In this document: piece by piece, positions 1 through 11,563 of the stretch
Position numbering within the stretch: the first letter of the stretch is position 1
How the letters are laid out: every line of letters starts with the position of its first letter
Origin: Ostrea edulis
Taxonomy: Eukaryota
Direction of reading: 5' to 3'
DNA: 64,000 nt
NCBI RefSeq assembly: GCF_947568905.1
Contig: NC_079167.1
Span: 86,552,001-86,616,000 of the forward strand
Notes under the pieces: generated by a model
The model's database searches: none
Told to the model about the DNA's origin: nothing
What the model saw: the letters and a program-made list of their open reading frames with translations, nothing else
Translations under genes and position numbers: made by a program

Positions 1-196
1 AATATGTAATCTCAACTATAGCTACTGTGCACCAAAAATGGCTCTCAGCTACCATTTGTCGGGGGGGGGGGGGGGGGGGGGGGCACTGCTATATAGTCAG
101 GTTTCCGAGGGATTTGGGGAAAAGGGTGTCATAACTTGATAAACGTGATCACAGTTTTTCCTTCGAGTCACATTCAACGAGAAATTGTTTGATTTC

Positions 197-255
197 ATTT
201 GCTATATAGGAGTTATATGAGATTGTTGACTGTTCGTTATGTTCACCTTTCATTT
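197..255 (+). mobile_element. Naiad-like Penelope element, extreme 3' end fragment
   Basis: TAGGAGTTATATGAGATTGTTGACTGTTCGTTATGTTCACCTTTCAT matches the terminal sequence of the longer copy at 52501-52925. Confidence 0.7.
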
Positions 256-854
256 AGATACAATTATGGGGTTACATGTACAGTGTTAAAGTTAAAGGTA
301 AAATAAAAGTTTCCTCCATTCTAGTTTGTCCCAAATCTCTCTTAGAGTTGCCCAGAAATTCTAGTAGTATGTACTGATAGCAATGTATAGATATGTTTTC
401 CTGATGAATATCTACAAGTGCTCATGACTTAATCAGCAGCTACATGCACTTTAGTGCGGTAAACACCAAACAGGACAAGCGGCCTGACTCAGTTATTGAC
501 TTCGTGAATGGTCCCAAGTGATTCAATAAGTACATAGCCCCCCCACAGCACGCAGATGAGTTTAATCATCTGTAATCCACTGGAGAAAGCCCTGCGCTGT
601 GTCGCGTGCAGCTTTTTTCCACAGGTATAAGGAACTGCACAGTACTGTCAGAAACTAATTACATAATTTGTCCAAATTCATTTCGACGATAACATCCTTT
701 TGTTTTACAACATCCGATTTGTCATCTTGTCCTGCGTTGCCCTGGGCAGCGAATGTACGGATCAACAATAACTCTCTTCGTTATTGTTAAGTTCGAACGA
801 CATCACGATAAAAGTCATCCAACCACACAGACGTCGATCCCTTGCCATTCCCCA

Positions 855-948
855 TCAGCGGGTGTGACCGGTCAACAGGGAACGCTTATTTCTTCTAGAT
901 ACATGATCCCACCTCTGGTGTTTCCTGGCTTGGAGTCCGTGTTTATTT
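855..948 (+). mobile_element. Naiad-like Penelope 3' UTR fragment
   Basis: GCGGGTGTGACCGGTCAACAGGG...GATCCCACCTCTGGTG matches the 3' UTR at 52780-52860. Confidence 0.75.
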
Positions 949-1027
949 ACACATTCTTTCATTTTCCAATATATAACCGTATCTGCTGTAATTTAGTAAA
1001 GAATTATCTTCTTTAATTGTTTTACAA

Positions 1028-1320
1028 TACTCGTATCAACACTTCGCCGCGAGTTACGTCCCTTTGCGGGGTCGGTCAAAGGTCAATCGGTGAATACCCA
1101 AGTTTTCCTTCTTTACTTACCAAATGTAAGACGTTATTACTGTGCATTTTAGTTTATTATCAAGCTTTGGCGTTATTATAGCTGACAGCAATGGATGGAA
1201 AAATAACAAATGTTAAAGCTGCAGATAAGAAAATTACACAGGCCAACGTAGGGAAATACGATTTTTAGCCGGGAGATGGCGGGCAAGGGACGTAACTTGC
1301 GCGAACTGCTGATACGTGTT
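1028..1320. mobile_element. MITE-like element with about 35-bp imperfect terminal inverted repeats
   Basis: Left CGTATCAACACTTCGCCGCGAGTTACGTCCCTTTGC versus reverse complement of right end CGTATCAGCAGTTCGCGCAAGTTACGTCCCTTGC. TSD not resolved. Confidence 0.7.
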
Positions 1321-1665
1321 TACACACGTGAATTGTACTCGCCGTCGTAAGGTAACCTTGCATCAAACTGCTTTAGCACGTCCACTACCGTCAGGTGCGT
1401 TGGATCTGCGTCAGGCTGTAACACCAGGTTCTCGCACCATTTGCCTGAGGTTCCCCGGGGACACGTGCCCTTCCTCTGACATGCTCAGAAAGAATTGCAC
1501 GTGCCGTCGTTAGCGCATGCCGCATTCACGGCACAGGAAAGTTTATTTCCCTAAACCTCTGGATTGTTACTGTATGTCAGTTCAAATTTCCAGAAAACCA
1601 TATTCAGGAAGGCTTGTATGGGGTAGGACTTGTAAAGATGAGCAGACGACCGCGCGACATGACAT
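1320..1665 (-). pseudogene. Disabled EGF-like gene, possible paralog of the 716-aa gene
   Basis: Manual translation gives ...AFLNMVFWKFELTYSNNPEV*GNKLSCAVNAACANDGTCNSF*ACQRKGTCPRGTSGKWCENLVLQPDADPTHLTVVDVLKQFDARLPYDGEYNSRV*. In-frame stops are TAG 1551-1553 and TGA 1485-1487. The ATGs at 1665 and 1660 are out of frame. The frame ends at a MITE edge. Confidence 0.5.
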
Positions 1666-2626
1666 ATTTACGCCAAGTGACCGCAAATTGTCACTCATAC
1701 GTCATTTACTTCATCGCTGACGTCACGTGTTCAATTGTTTTGATCGAGACTAATTAATGTCCGCTCTCTCCTACAAACTAAACTTGGTTCATTAATTGCC
1801 AAACATATTCCTAAAACAATTCCAAATTATTTGTCAAAAAGTGGTCGTCAATTGCATGTGTAAGTTACGGCTCTGGGGATTTCCGGAAAGGACGGTTTGT
1901 TTTGTGTAACGGAACGTATAAATTTACATGATATAGCTGGTTTCTTCCTTTTTCAAAAAACGTATTAAATTTGATATGATAATTTGTAAAGCGCACCCTA
2001 TGGACATATTGCAATTATTAACTGTGTACCTGGGTCAAAGGCGCCACATAACACGATAGAGAGGACCTACAAAGATGCTCATTTATCACCAGCTGATCGG
2101 GGCGGGGGAACGTGCCGAGAATAAAGCAATATTTCCTGAATTTACAAAAAGGATTAAGAGCTACAAAAAAAAAAAAAACACAACAAAAACAACAACTTTG
2201 CATTATGTTCATTCAATTATGTAGAAGGCGTTATATTTTGCGGAGTCAAGTGTTTTTTGTTTTAAATGAAAATTTTAAAATCAGTACATTTTCTCAGTCG
2301 TAGTGCTTTCGATTTATGATTGATTTTTATCTCATGGTTTATAGTGGTTAGGGTGCTCGCTTTGGGAGGTTCCGAATTCAATTCTCGATCCTCATCAACC
2401 CACCGCAGACGTTTGATATACCCAGGGAGGCTGCGACTGCATATAAGCTAAGTGTACTACAATGGGACAGGTCTTTGGGATTTGGCCTTGGAAACTGTTC
2501 ATTCGAGGGTAGAAGGGTGGGCAATGTTTCAAATTTCATTTGGAGTATGAAACTTTTAATTTGACCGTAATATAACAGGTGTGCAGCAGATCAATTCACA
2601 TGGGTGTGCAACAGCAAATCTATTCA

Positions 2627-2822
2627 TGACCGGTGGCGAAGTGGTCAGAGCGCTCGCTGCGGAACTCGTAGGTCCTGGGTTCAATGCCTCGTCAGGCTCA
2701 AATTAGAGACTGTTCCTTCTCCTAGAATCCGATATTAAAGGTGAAGGTCATATGACATTCAAATATGGCCTTAAAATGGCCCTTTACTGCTACGACATAA
2801 GCACCATGCATCTAGGTCAATA
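2627..2822 (+). mobile_element. tRNA-derived SINE (degenerate)
   Basis: A-box-like TGGCGAAGTGG and B-box-like GGGTTCAATGCC. The body resembles the copies at 20706, 40320 and 54560. Another tRNA-like head relic lies at about 2340-2390. Confidence 0.6.
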
Positions 2823-4200
2823 ACTTCACCTAAATCAGGTTAAGTGTCGAGGAGACATCATTTTAAGTTATCCTACCCTGCACCTCAGTAAATAGATGTT
2901 ATACCATGAAAAACAAATTCTCCTGTCTCTTAATGAAACCCATTTACCCCGGGCCTTCTTTCATTTGACGATTTTTTTCTTCTAACTTCCGCATATAATT
3001 AGGTGTTATTATTAAAATTTGATAATCTCCACACGGTGGTTATGTTTCTCAGTGTGTTTTATCAGCCTCTGTACATTTCCATTGTTCTTTAAGTGTATGT
3101 ATTTACGTTCACATCGTGCGCCAAGATTTTGGTGCGTCACGAGAAATCAAAGCGGTTGCATTGTCTGATTACGCGACTCACGTTCATTTTCGGAATTTCA
3201 ACGGAATACGATCATGGTCATGCAGATTATTACATGACATTTATTCTTATCGCACCCTCTATCGGCGAGATCGTTATAAGGTACATATCAGCCCAAGAGT
3301 ATAGGATATGGTATTTAAGAAAATACATGCTAATCATGATTTTTATATCCTATGCTTATAGAAAATATGAGATACGAGGTAGATATTTAAGAAACATATC
3401 TTTTAATTCTCAATATAAAACAAATATATTCTTTATTCTAATTTCCAAAGAAATAATTCTTTATTCTAATTAGATAAGAAATAAACTCTTTGTTTTAGTT
3501 TCAAAAGAAATAAATTATATATTCTAGTTACAAAGAATTAAATTAGTATAATTACACCGGAAATAAGTTTGTTATCTGGATCTCACACGCGTTGTCCAAG
3601 AATTTATTGGGGATGGTATTAATATAAAATATATGTTCACCCCTGATTACATCGATACCATTTTTATAGAAACACATTTTTAAAATTTATTTACATTGTC
3701 CATTGCATATACGGGTACCTGTAAAGTGAGAAACGAAAACGCAAACCCACCAAAACGAAACAGATTGTATAACCGAACTCTTTTAACTATAAGAAATAAA
3801 AATGGTATCTCAGACCCCTGTGAAAGTTACCACATATAAATAAAATTCGCCTCCCCTTTGATGTAGGCTTTCGGCTTGACTGATACAAAGTTTTAAAAGT
3901 TGGAAAGGGGGGAGGGTGAGTAAGAACAAAGTACATATTCGAAATTGATTAAATACCATGTGTAATTAGTTTCGGATCCAGTCTCAGAGGTCTGGGAAAC
4001 ACACTAAACAAGGGATGGGTCGCCGGCGTTGGATCCGCCTTTGGGCATATGCATATACTGGTTATATGATATACCAACAAACCACATGACAATTAAGTGT
4101 TTAGTATTCTCACACCCATTCACACAAGCTGTTCAAAGTAGCTGTTGACATAATCTGTTTACTAATTGATAATAATGATATAAAAATATGAAATGCAAAG

Positions 4201-4202
<2 letters not shown>

Positions 4203-4258
<56 letters not shown>
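4203..4258. repeat. (CT)n microsatellite
   Basis: About 28 CT units read directly. Confidence 0.98.
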
Positions 4259-4262
<4 letters not shown>

Positions 4263-4364
4263 CTGCTCTCTTTGTCTGTCTCTCTCTCATTTATTCATTA
4301 AAATTCTGTTTTTCCCAATATATCTCGCGTGACGTTCAGAAACTACCAGTAAGAAGAGGACAAG

Positions 4365-4470
4365 AGGTGGTGTCCAGTGTGGTAAAAATGTAGGACAAGC
4401 GTTGGTGTCCGGTGTGGTAGGACGAGTGGTGGTGTCCGGTGTGGTAGGACGAGTGGTGGTGTCCGGTGTG
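4365..4470. repeat. 27-bp GC-rich minisatellite, about 4 copies
   Basis: Unit GGTGTCCGGTGTGGTAGGACGAGTGGT; the minus strand reads TTTRPTTPD. Confidence 0.85.
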
Positions 4471-6349
4471 TTTGGAAAACTGTTGACCATGTAGATAAAC
4501 AAAAAATTGGACGGTCAAGTTTTTTTTTTAGATAACATAAAACAAATAGAAATTTTGTCACTGAATCGAAATACATTTATTTCCAGAAAGAAATAATTCT
4601 TTTTAAACCTTTTCACACTAGGGTTCAATATACATACTGTATCAGTTTATGTAAATGACTGCTATTTTTGACATATCGTCATGTTTTAAATCCGTTTTTT
4701 TTCAATCAAATTTGCATGAAAATTGTAAGGAAAACAGTGAAGTTTGATTGCGTACGTTCGGTATGATGGATGATGAGCGGGTGATTGATGGGGGACAGAT
4801 AATGAATCTGTGTGTGCCCCTCCCTGGACTGGAGCTGGCTCTATTACCTTTCTTCATCAACCGACATACATACAAATCAACTGTGGTTTTCACAGAGGAA
4901 CCACAAAGCAAGGATTCAGTGCCTCGATTGACGGTGGAAGTAAGGATTGGAATTCGTCGATAAACAAAAAAAACCCAATACTATGTAAACAAAACAACAA
5001 ACAAAACACAACCCAGTAAACGAATACACGCAGGTGATACTAATTAAAATTAGGAACACCTAGATTTCTTCTCACTGTGACTTCATAAATAAGTAGATTT
5101 AACCAACATTTATTCGCGTACATTCTGGATCTTACAACTTTACATAAGAATGATGATACGGATGGAAATTCAAATTAATTTAAAATAAACTTATTCTAAT
5201 ATACCGGGATATCTCCATTGTTAATTCTCTCCGTAGAATATTATTATAGTGACTGTCTTTCTCATTCCTCTTAATTAAATAGAATAGAACGTCCCTAAAT
5301 TATAAACATGCCAACTTTTTTTAATTAGAAAAGACAATAGTTTTACGAAAATTAAAGAGCAATGCATAAGAATATATTTGTCTAATATTCAGTTTTATAT
5401 TCGCTTTCCCTGGTCGTAAATTCTTCTCCCGGCCATTCTAATTATGAGCCTCAGTAATAACGTATTCTCGCGAAGGGTCAAAACTATATTCAAATTTGAC
5501 ATTAAGTTTGCATAATAATGAGACAAATTGAAATCTCTTGATCAAAATAAGGGACTATAATCAATGTATATTCTCTATTACATCAAATGCCGGGGATAAT
5601 CAAGCTTTATTTAGCGCGTTATGTAGGACGAGTCTGTCAGACATATTGCATAAAAATTTTGATTTAATGAATTTTTCACATTATTTTGAAGAGTCTAATG
5701 CGTGGAATCTATGGAGTTGTTTTGTTCTGTGGGTCCATGTTATTAAAAGTGCAACAGAAAGGGTTCTAGTTTTACATGGCGACATATATGGCGATAAGAA
5801 CTGTTCCGACTGCCTTTTACTGTGTTTTGTAGCAAATTACACAGAATCCTACAAAGTTTCAATGTCTTCAAAGCATTTATTCACTGTATTATTAAAGAGG
5901 GCTTGAAAATGATTTCGAGTTCTTATTTCCACCAAATTCATAACAATATTACAAAGAAGAACGAACGAAATTCATATTGGATCCAATTGTGGGTCAACTT
6001 TAACACGTGATCCACATCTTTTATAGTACGTCATAATACCCATATTCCTCTGCGTCTCCGCACATTTGGTTTGTCACTCGTAACTACTCGGCTATTTCCG
6101 TAACTGCAGATGAATTCTTACCGGTAACGAAAAAAGACAAGGGTGATCCGATTGTTGGTTTGTGTGCAAAGGACCTTTGGCGGAAGTGTGATAATACGCA
6201 TACCGATTATGACATCATAAGCATACGTCGGGACTTTCTGATTAGTTTACTTGGTGATGTAATTAGGAAAAAATATCCCATTTCCATGCATTTACAGAAA
6301 ATGATACTGGTAATTCAACATTCTGAACCTCTCTAGCGTTCTATTGTTT

Positions 6350-6495
6350 AACTGATGATGTAACCCGTCAACAGGGGATGATTGCTCCTCCTAGGCACCT
6401 GTACCACCTCTAGTGCTTACCAGGGGTTCCTGTTTGTAATTTTCTCGATTTTGTATTCTTTTTAGGATTTATGATATTGGGTACTGTTTGCTATC
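6350..6495 (+). mobile_element. Naiad-like Penelope 3' UTR fragment (diverged)
   Basis: GTCAACAGGGGATGATTGCTCCTCCTAGGCACCTG...CCAGGGGTTCCTGTTTG. Confidence 0.7.
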
Positions 6496-7479
6496 TGCAC
6501 CTTTTACATTTGAACAGCATGACGTCACAATGTAAAAGACTTAGGTTGATATTCTTTTGCAAATGAAATTTTTTTTTCAGAAAAAAAAAGAAGTGGATTT
6601 TATTTTCGAAAAACAAACAACGCAGCACATCAGTACTGTTTAGTTTCGCATTGTAAAGCAGTAAAAATGCAGTATATATTATCATTTTTGATTGGTTAAT
6701 TCAACGTATCACTTCTAATGAAAAAAGATATTGTGCACAAGAGGTGATCGTATCGATTCATTACAGTTGAATAAACGTCATTTGGCATATTGCGACGTTT
6801 TTAACATCATCTGTTTTATATTGTGACAATATATGTCTATGATGTGTTATAAAATGGCTTTCTCATTGCTTTACACTGCAAAACCAAAACAGTAGGGGCA
6901 TTTAAAATTTTGATCTTGAGTTGATTTGTATAATTGGTCTTTCTGCGATTGGCAGTAATAACAATTATTTAAATTATGCTAGATTGCTAACTGCGATTCT
7001 GATAATATTATGTTAAAAATAAATAGGTGACGTCAACTGAAAAATGTACCATGATGTCACGTTATTATTTGAAACGTCGTTTTGAAGTTTGTAACGTAAC
7101 AATACAGGATAGAGTTAATAACGTTTTAATCCAAATACAGAATTGTTTATGGCTACAAAAATCAGTGAAGGGGATTAAGGGATAATGAATGAGGCACATT
7201 CTTTTTTTAAAATGTGGATATTCAACCCAGAAGTTTGGACGGAAAACCTATGCATGGACCCCATACCTGTACTGTTTACCAGGTCCGAAATCCTGTTTCT
7301 TTATTTACGTACTTAAACACACCATTGCTAAAATACGGCCGAATCTCCTCTTTCTCGGGTTATTTATAGAGAGACATAAAATTCACACAAGATGGAATGT
7401 TCCACAAATTTCCTGAAATACTCCTGTTGAGCTATTTCGCTGGGACACACCAATAGCTCAACTATATGGGACACCTCCA

Positions 7480-8550
7480 TACTATCATCTAGGATACCTT
7501 AATAAACTATCCAGGATACTTTAATAAACTATCCAGGATATTCCAAAAACTATCCAGACACTCCGTTACTATCAGTGGCACCCCATAACATATCCGGGAG
7601 ACTTTAATAAACTGTCTGGAATACATATATCCCCAAATCTATCCAGACACTATCAGGGACACCCCAAAACATATCCAGGAGATCCTCACAACTACCCGGT
7701 ATACTGTATCTCTACAAAATGTATGGGATATCCCTCAAACTCTTCGGGATATCTTCACAGCAACCTGGGAATCCCATGACTGTCCAGGATACTCCAACAT
7801 ACATCCGGGATATCCCCAAAACTTCATGGTATATCTCCATAGTACCATGCAAGATACTCCCATAACTCTTGGGATATCCCAAAATATTTCAGTCATATCT
7901 TCACAACTATTCAGAATACCTCCCGGCGATTCGGGACACCCCCATACTATCTGGGACAGGCCATAACTATCTGTGATAGCCCATAACTATCTGGGACAGC
8001 CCATAACTCTCCGGGATACCTACACAACTATCCGGGATATCCCAATAACTACCAGTGATATTTCTAAAACTATCCGGACACCTCCACATATACGGAATAT
8101 CCTTACAATTATCCGGGGTACTTTATATAACTATCTGGAAAAAACTTCCCAATTATCATGAATATCTATAACTATCTAGAGTAAATCCATAGCTATCCGG
8201 GATATTTCACATAACTATCTAGGACAAATTCACAATTATCAGGAATATCTATATAACTATCTAGAGTAAATCCATATCTATCCGGGATATTTCACATAAC
8301 TATCTAGGACAAATTCACAATTATCAGGAATATCTATATAACTATCTAGAGTAAATCCATATCTATCCGGGATATTTCACATAACTATCTAGGACAAATT
8401 CACAATTATCAGGAATATCTATATAACTATCTAGAATAACTCCATAACTATCCGGGATATTTCACATAACTATCTAGGACAAATTCACAATTATCAGGAA
8501 TATCTATATAACTATCTAGAATAACTCCATAGATATCAGGGACATCCCCA
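7480..8550. repeat. Degenerate ~21-bp minisatellite ending in a homogeneous 85-bp higher-order repeat
   Basis: Core ACTATCCGGGATAT. The same CTAGA position recurs at 8176, 8261, 8346, 8431 and 8516 (period 85). Confidence 0.9.
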
Positions 8551-9224
8551 TAACCAAATAAAGTTCCCATTTTTGAACTCGAGTTCCCAAATGTTGTGCA
8601 TGATTTTTTTAATATGACAGCCTTGTTAAAATAATTTTTTTTCAAATCCATATTTACTTAATAGTCATATCTATGAGTCTTTATCACCTATTATCAATAT
8701 GACAAAGACAAAGATGTGTTTCAGTCTATATAAACTGTATGACCTACGTCAACCGGAAGTGTACAGGAATTGTGGGAATGTTCTTATAGTGTCAGACAGA
8801 TCCGGTTCAACCATTTTAAAAAGTGCAATCAATGTTTTAGTGAATTTCTAGTAATGTAAATAAGAATATTTAGAAAGGAAATAAATAGTTTTTATTGATT
8901 AGAATTAATAACACAGACTACAACAACAATGACACCAAACAAACGTCTAGGCCAGCTAGATGTGTAATGATCTCTTCTGGGGCTTTGGCACGTAAACTAA
9001 AAAAAATCTTATCACAGATCACGTGTTTGATCGACCACTTCATGTCAAAGGTCCTAATGGCTGACGTTGCCATCTTGATTTCAACGATCCACTCGACGCT
9101 CTTCGACGTTCGTCCACCGTCACCTTCCATCGAGCACGGTCACCTTAAAGAGAGATATAACGCGCTGTTTGCAACAGCATAGTCCTTATATATCCCTCAA
9201 GCAAACACCAAGTAAATCTGGGCA

Positions 9225-9230
9225 TTTATT
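9225..9230 (-). terminator. Candidate polyadenylation signal AATAAA of the EGF-mucin gene
   Basis: AATAAA on the minus strand about 185 nt after the stop codon. A second one lies at 8891-8896. Confidence 0.45.
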
Positions 9231-9412
9231 AAACAGGATGTGCAATGCACAATAGAATTGCACAACATGCACAATATACGTGAAAGTGACAAGCGACGAA
9301 AAAAGCAGTAGCATATGTCCCCGTCTGAATTGACGCTAACAACACTCTCCGAAAAGGGACTTCAATCTCGCGTTGTTGGGATTTCTTGTTCAACTCAGAG
9401 CTGGTCGTTCCA

Positions 9413-11563
9413 CTACTGTGTACTAGAAGACGTTGACATGAGAATGTTTCCTGTAGACGTCGTCCGAGAGTCGTGTAGCCGCTCTCCACCCACCGTGGGT
9501 TTTATCCCAGAATTGCTTGTCGATTTCTCTGGAGTTAGAGACGTCGGTGACAGTTTTGCGTCAGTGATTTTCTTCATCAATTTCAGATTGAAAATGATAT
9601 GCTGGTCCATTTGATTCAGGTTATTCACAGTGTCAGGTATAATGTGATCAAAGTGTGCTTCCGGTTTTCCTGTGACAGGCCTTGCAGTGCCGGAGGACTC
9701 GGGGTCCGTTAACACAGAGGATATGATTTTCTGTAAAGTCTTAGCGAACTCCTTTGTCAGTCTGTTAGTTAATGTGGTGATTTTATCAAACAGCTTTGAC
9801 CCTTGTTTTGGGGGAGCAGTAGGACTTGAAGCAGAAGTGCTGTCAATAGTAGAAGCACCCTGAGTCTCCTTTGATGGCACTGGATCCATCGATTCTTCTG
9901 ACTGATCCCTGATGGCTTTTTCTACAGCTTTAGCCACGTCATCCATTAAAGATGTCGTTTTTTCTTTTGACGTAGGACCTTGTGGCGTAGTGTCGACAGC
10001 ATCTGTTGGGAAAACACTATGAACTGTTGAAACAATGTCTGGTTTGTCGTTTGTCTGCTGTCCGAGTGTAGTCGCTTCAGCAACATTGACTGTTGTCTTG
10101 AATGCTGAACCGCTAGGGGAGATATCGTTCCGTTTCTTTTTCGGATCATGCTTGATTGCTAGAGCATTGTCTGACTGTACTGACGTCGTGCGTTGCACGT
10201 TGGAGAAAGCCGTACTTGGGGACGGATTGGTCTCTCTGCTCTGTGATGGCTCTTGGTTCGTGCTTTGTTTGTTTTCTCCGGACTCGGATCGCTGTGTTGT
10301 AATAGATGAAATATCCATTGTTTTCTTAGACCCCAGAGCGGGGTTATCCTTTTTCTGAACGTCAATAAGAGGAAGTTTCAATATACTCACACTTCTGACT
10401 GGAGACGGTGTAATAATATTGGTGATATGCAAAGATCCGACTGATTTGGGAAAGTCTGTTTGCTGAATAGACAACCTTTCTGCTTTCTTGATTTCTTCGG
10501 TTGTTGTAGTAAAGGAGCTTGATGCAAAATTGTTTTGCGTACTACTTTGAGGTCTTTCAGCTTTTGCATCATTTCCCAATGATGAACTAATAAGTGGCGA
10601 CACGGACGCCTTAACTTGGTTACTATTACTCATTTGAACTCCTGTCAAATCAGTTACAATTTGCTTGTTTGGTTTTTGATTATTTGTCTTGCCGTCAGAA
10701 CTTTTGATCACAGAAGTCGTTGGATGAACAAAAACGGTTTGAGTCGGAGACATTCCTTTCCCTTGATTAGAGGTTATTACACCTGTCTTCTGCAACACGT
10801 TATCTCCCTCTGTGGATTTAGACGATATTCGAAGCTCGCCCATTTTCCCCTCCGTTGTTGTTTCCTTGGAAACCGCACTGAAATTGTCATCGCTTGATAA
10901 AAGACTCTCGCCAAAAAGATTTGTAATTTCGTCACTGTTCATTTCAGTTGTCACCGGGATCGCAATAGTTGTCGGTGTGGTTGTCCGCATCTCAGTTGTT
11001 GTTGCTTTCGTAGTTGTTGATTTGGTTGTGGTAGAGGTCGTAGTGGTGGTTGTGGTGGTTTTGGGTGTATTTGTGGTTGTTGGGGTGGTGGTGGTGGTAG
11101 TAGTAGACATGGTGGTGCTTGGTTTTACGGTTTTTGTGTCCTGTTTGCGAGGTATTTTACCGCTGTTATCTTTATGATTTTCATTGGTGCCACGATTCCC
11201 AACATGATTAGAATATTTTTCTCCAAATCTAGGAACCGCTAAACTTCTAAACAGAGAAAGGATTAAATTGTTTTTAGATCTCCTCGGTTTCTTCTTTTCT
11301 TTTTTAGCATCTCCTTCTACAGGATCAATGAGTTTCTGACAATGTTCTCCTTCATAATTAGGTGGGCATGAGCAGAAACCGGTGTTACTACAAGGGGAAT
11401 TCTGCTGACATGTCCCTCCATTCTTACAAATGTTACTAAATATATCACAGTATCCTTTACATTCTAAGTCACTCGCCGAACACAGCACTAGGAATACTCC
11501 AAGAATAAGAAGACATATCACTCTCACATCCATAGCATAGTATACGCCATCTCGTGGCGGCAT
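9413..11563 (-). CDS. Secreted EGF-like domain plus Thr/Ser-rich mucin-like protein (716 aa), coding region in one uninterrupted ORF
   Basis: 2.15-kb stop-free ORF. Hydrophobic signal peptide from Met11 (MDVRVICLLILGVFLVLCSA). EGF-type motif C-x6-CKNGGTC...GFCSCPPNYEGEHC at aa 35-75 (nt 11339-11461). Poly-Thr tract at about aa 150-200, then a Cys-free Ser/Thr-rich tail with no transmembrane segment. A pyrimidine tract plus CAG acceptor sits 6 nt upstream of the ATG (AG at 11571-11570), implying an upstream non-coding exon. Confidence 0.9.
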   Translation of the reverse strand: MPPRDGVYYAMDVRVICLLILGVFLVLCSASDLECKGYCDIFSNICKNGGTCQQNSPCSNTGFCSCPPNYEGEHCQKLIDPVEGDAKKEKKKPRRSKNNLILSLFRSLAVPRFGEKYSNHVGNRGTNENHKDNSGKIPRKQDTKTVKPSTTMSTTTTTTTPTTTNTPKTTTTTTTTSTTTKSTTTKATTTEMRTTTPTTIAIPVTTEMNSDEITNLFGESLLSSDDNFSAVSKETTTEGKMGELRISSKSTEGDNVLQKTGVITSNQGKGMSPTQTVFVHPTTSVIKSSDGKTNNQKPNKQIVTDLTGVQMSNSNQVKASVSPLISSSLGNDAKAERPQSSTQNNFASSSFTTTTEEIKKAERLSIQQTDFPKSVGSLHITNIITPSPVRSVSILKLPLIDVQKKDNPALGSKKTMDISSITTQRSESGENKQSTNQEPSQSRETNPSPSTAFSNVQRTTSVQSDNALAIKHDPKKKRNDISPSGSAFKTTVNVAEATTLGQQTNDKPDIVSTVHSVFPTDAVDTTPQGPTSKEKTTSLMDDVAKAVEKAIRDQSEESMDPVPSKETQGASTIDSTSASSPTAPPKQGSKLFDKITTLTNRLTKEFAKTLQKIISSVLTDPESSGTARPVTGKPEAHFDHIIPDTVNNLNQMDQHIIFNLKLMKKITDAKLSPTSLTPEKSTSNSGIKPTVGGERLHDSRTTSTGNILMSTSSSTQ

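Noticed and set aside
1485-1487. In-frame TGA in the EGF-like relic read as selenocysteine
   Set aside because: It does not align to a Cys position of the paralog, a second stop (TAG) and a frameshift are present, and no SECIS was seen. A nonsense mutation is simpler.
3093-5906. 126-aa (3093-3473) and 122-aa (5538-5906) ORFs
   Set aside because: They are AT-rich, start at non-ATG codons, and show no motif or splice support.
9315-11177. Antisense ORFs 9315-9614, 10035-10358, 10616-10897 and 10812-11177
   Set aside because: They are shadows of the 716-aa coding strand; the poly-Val run is the complement of poly-Thr.
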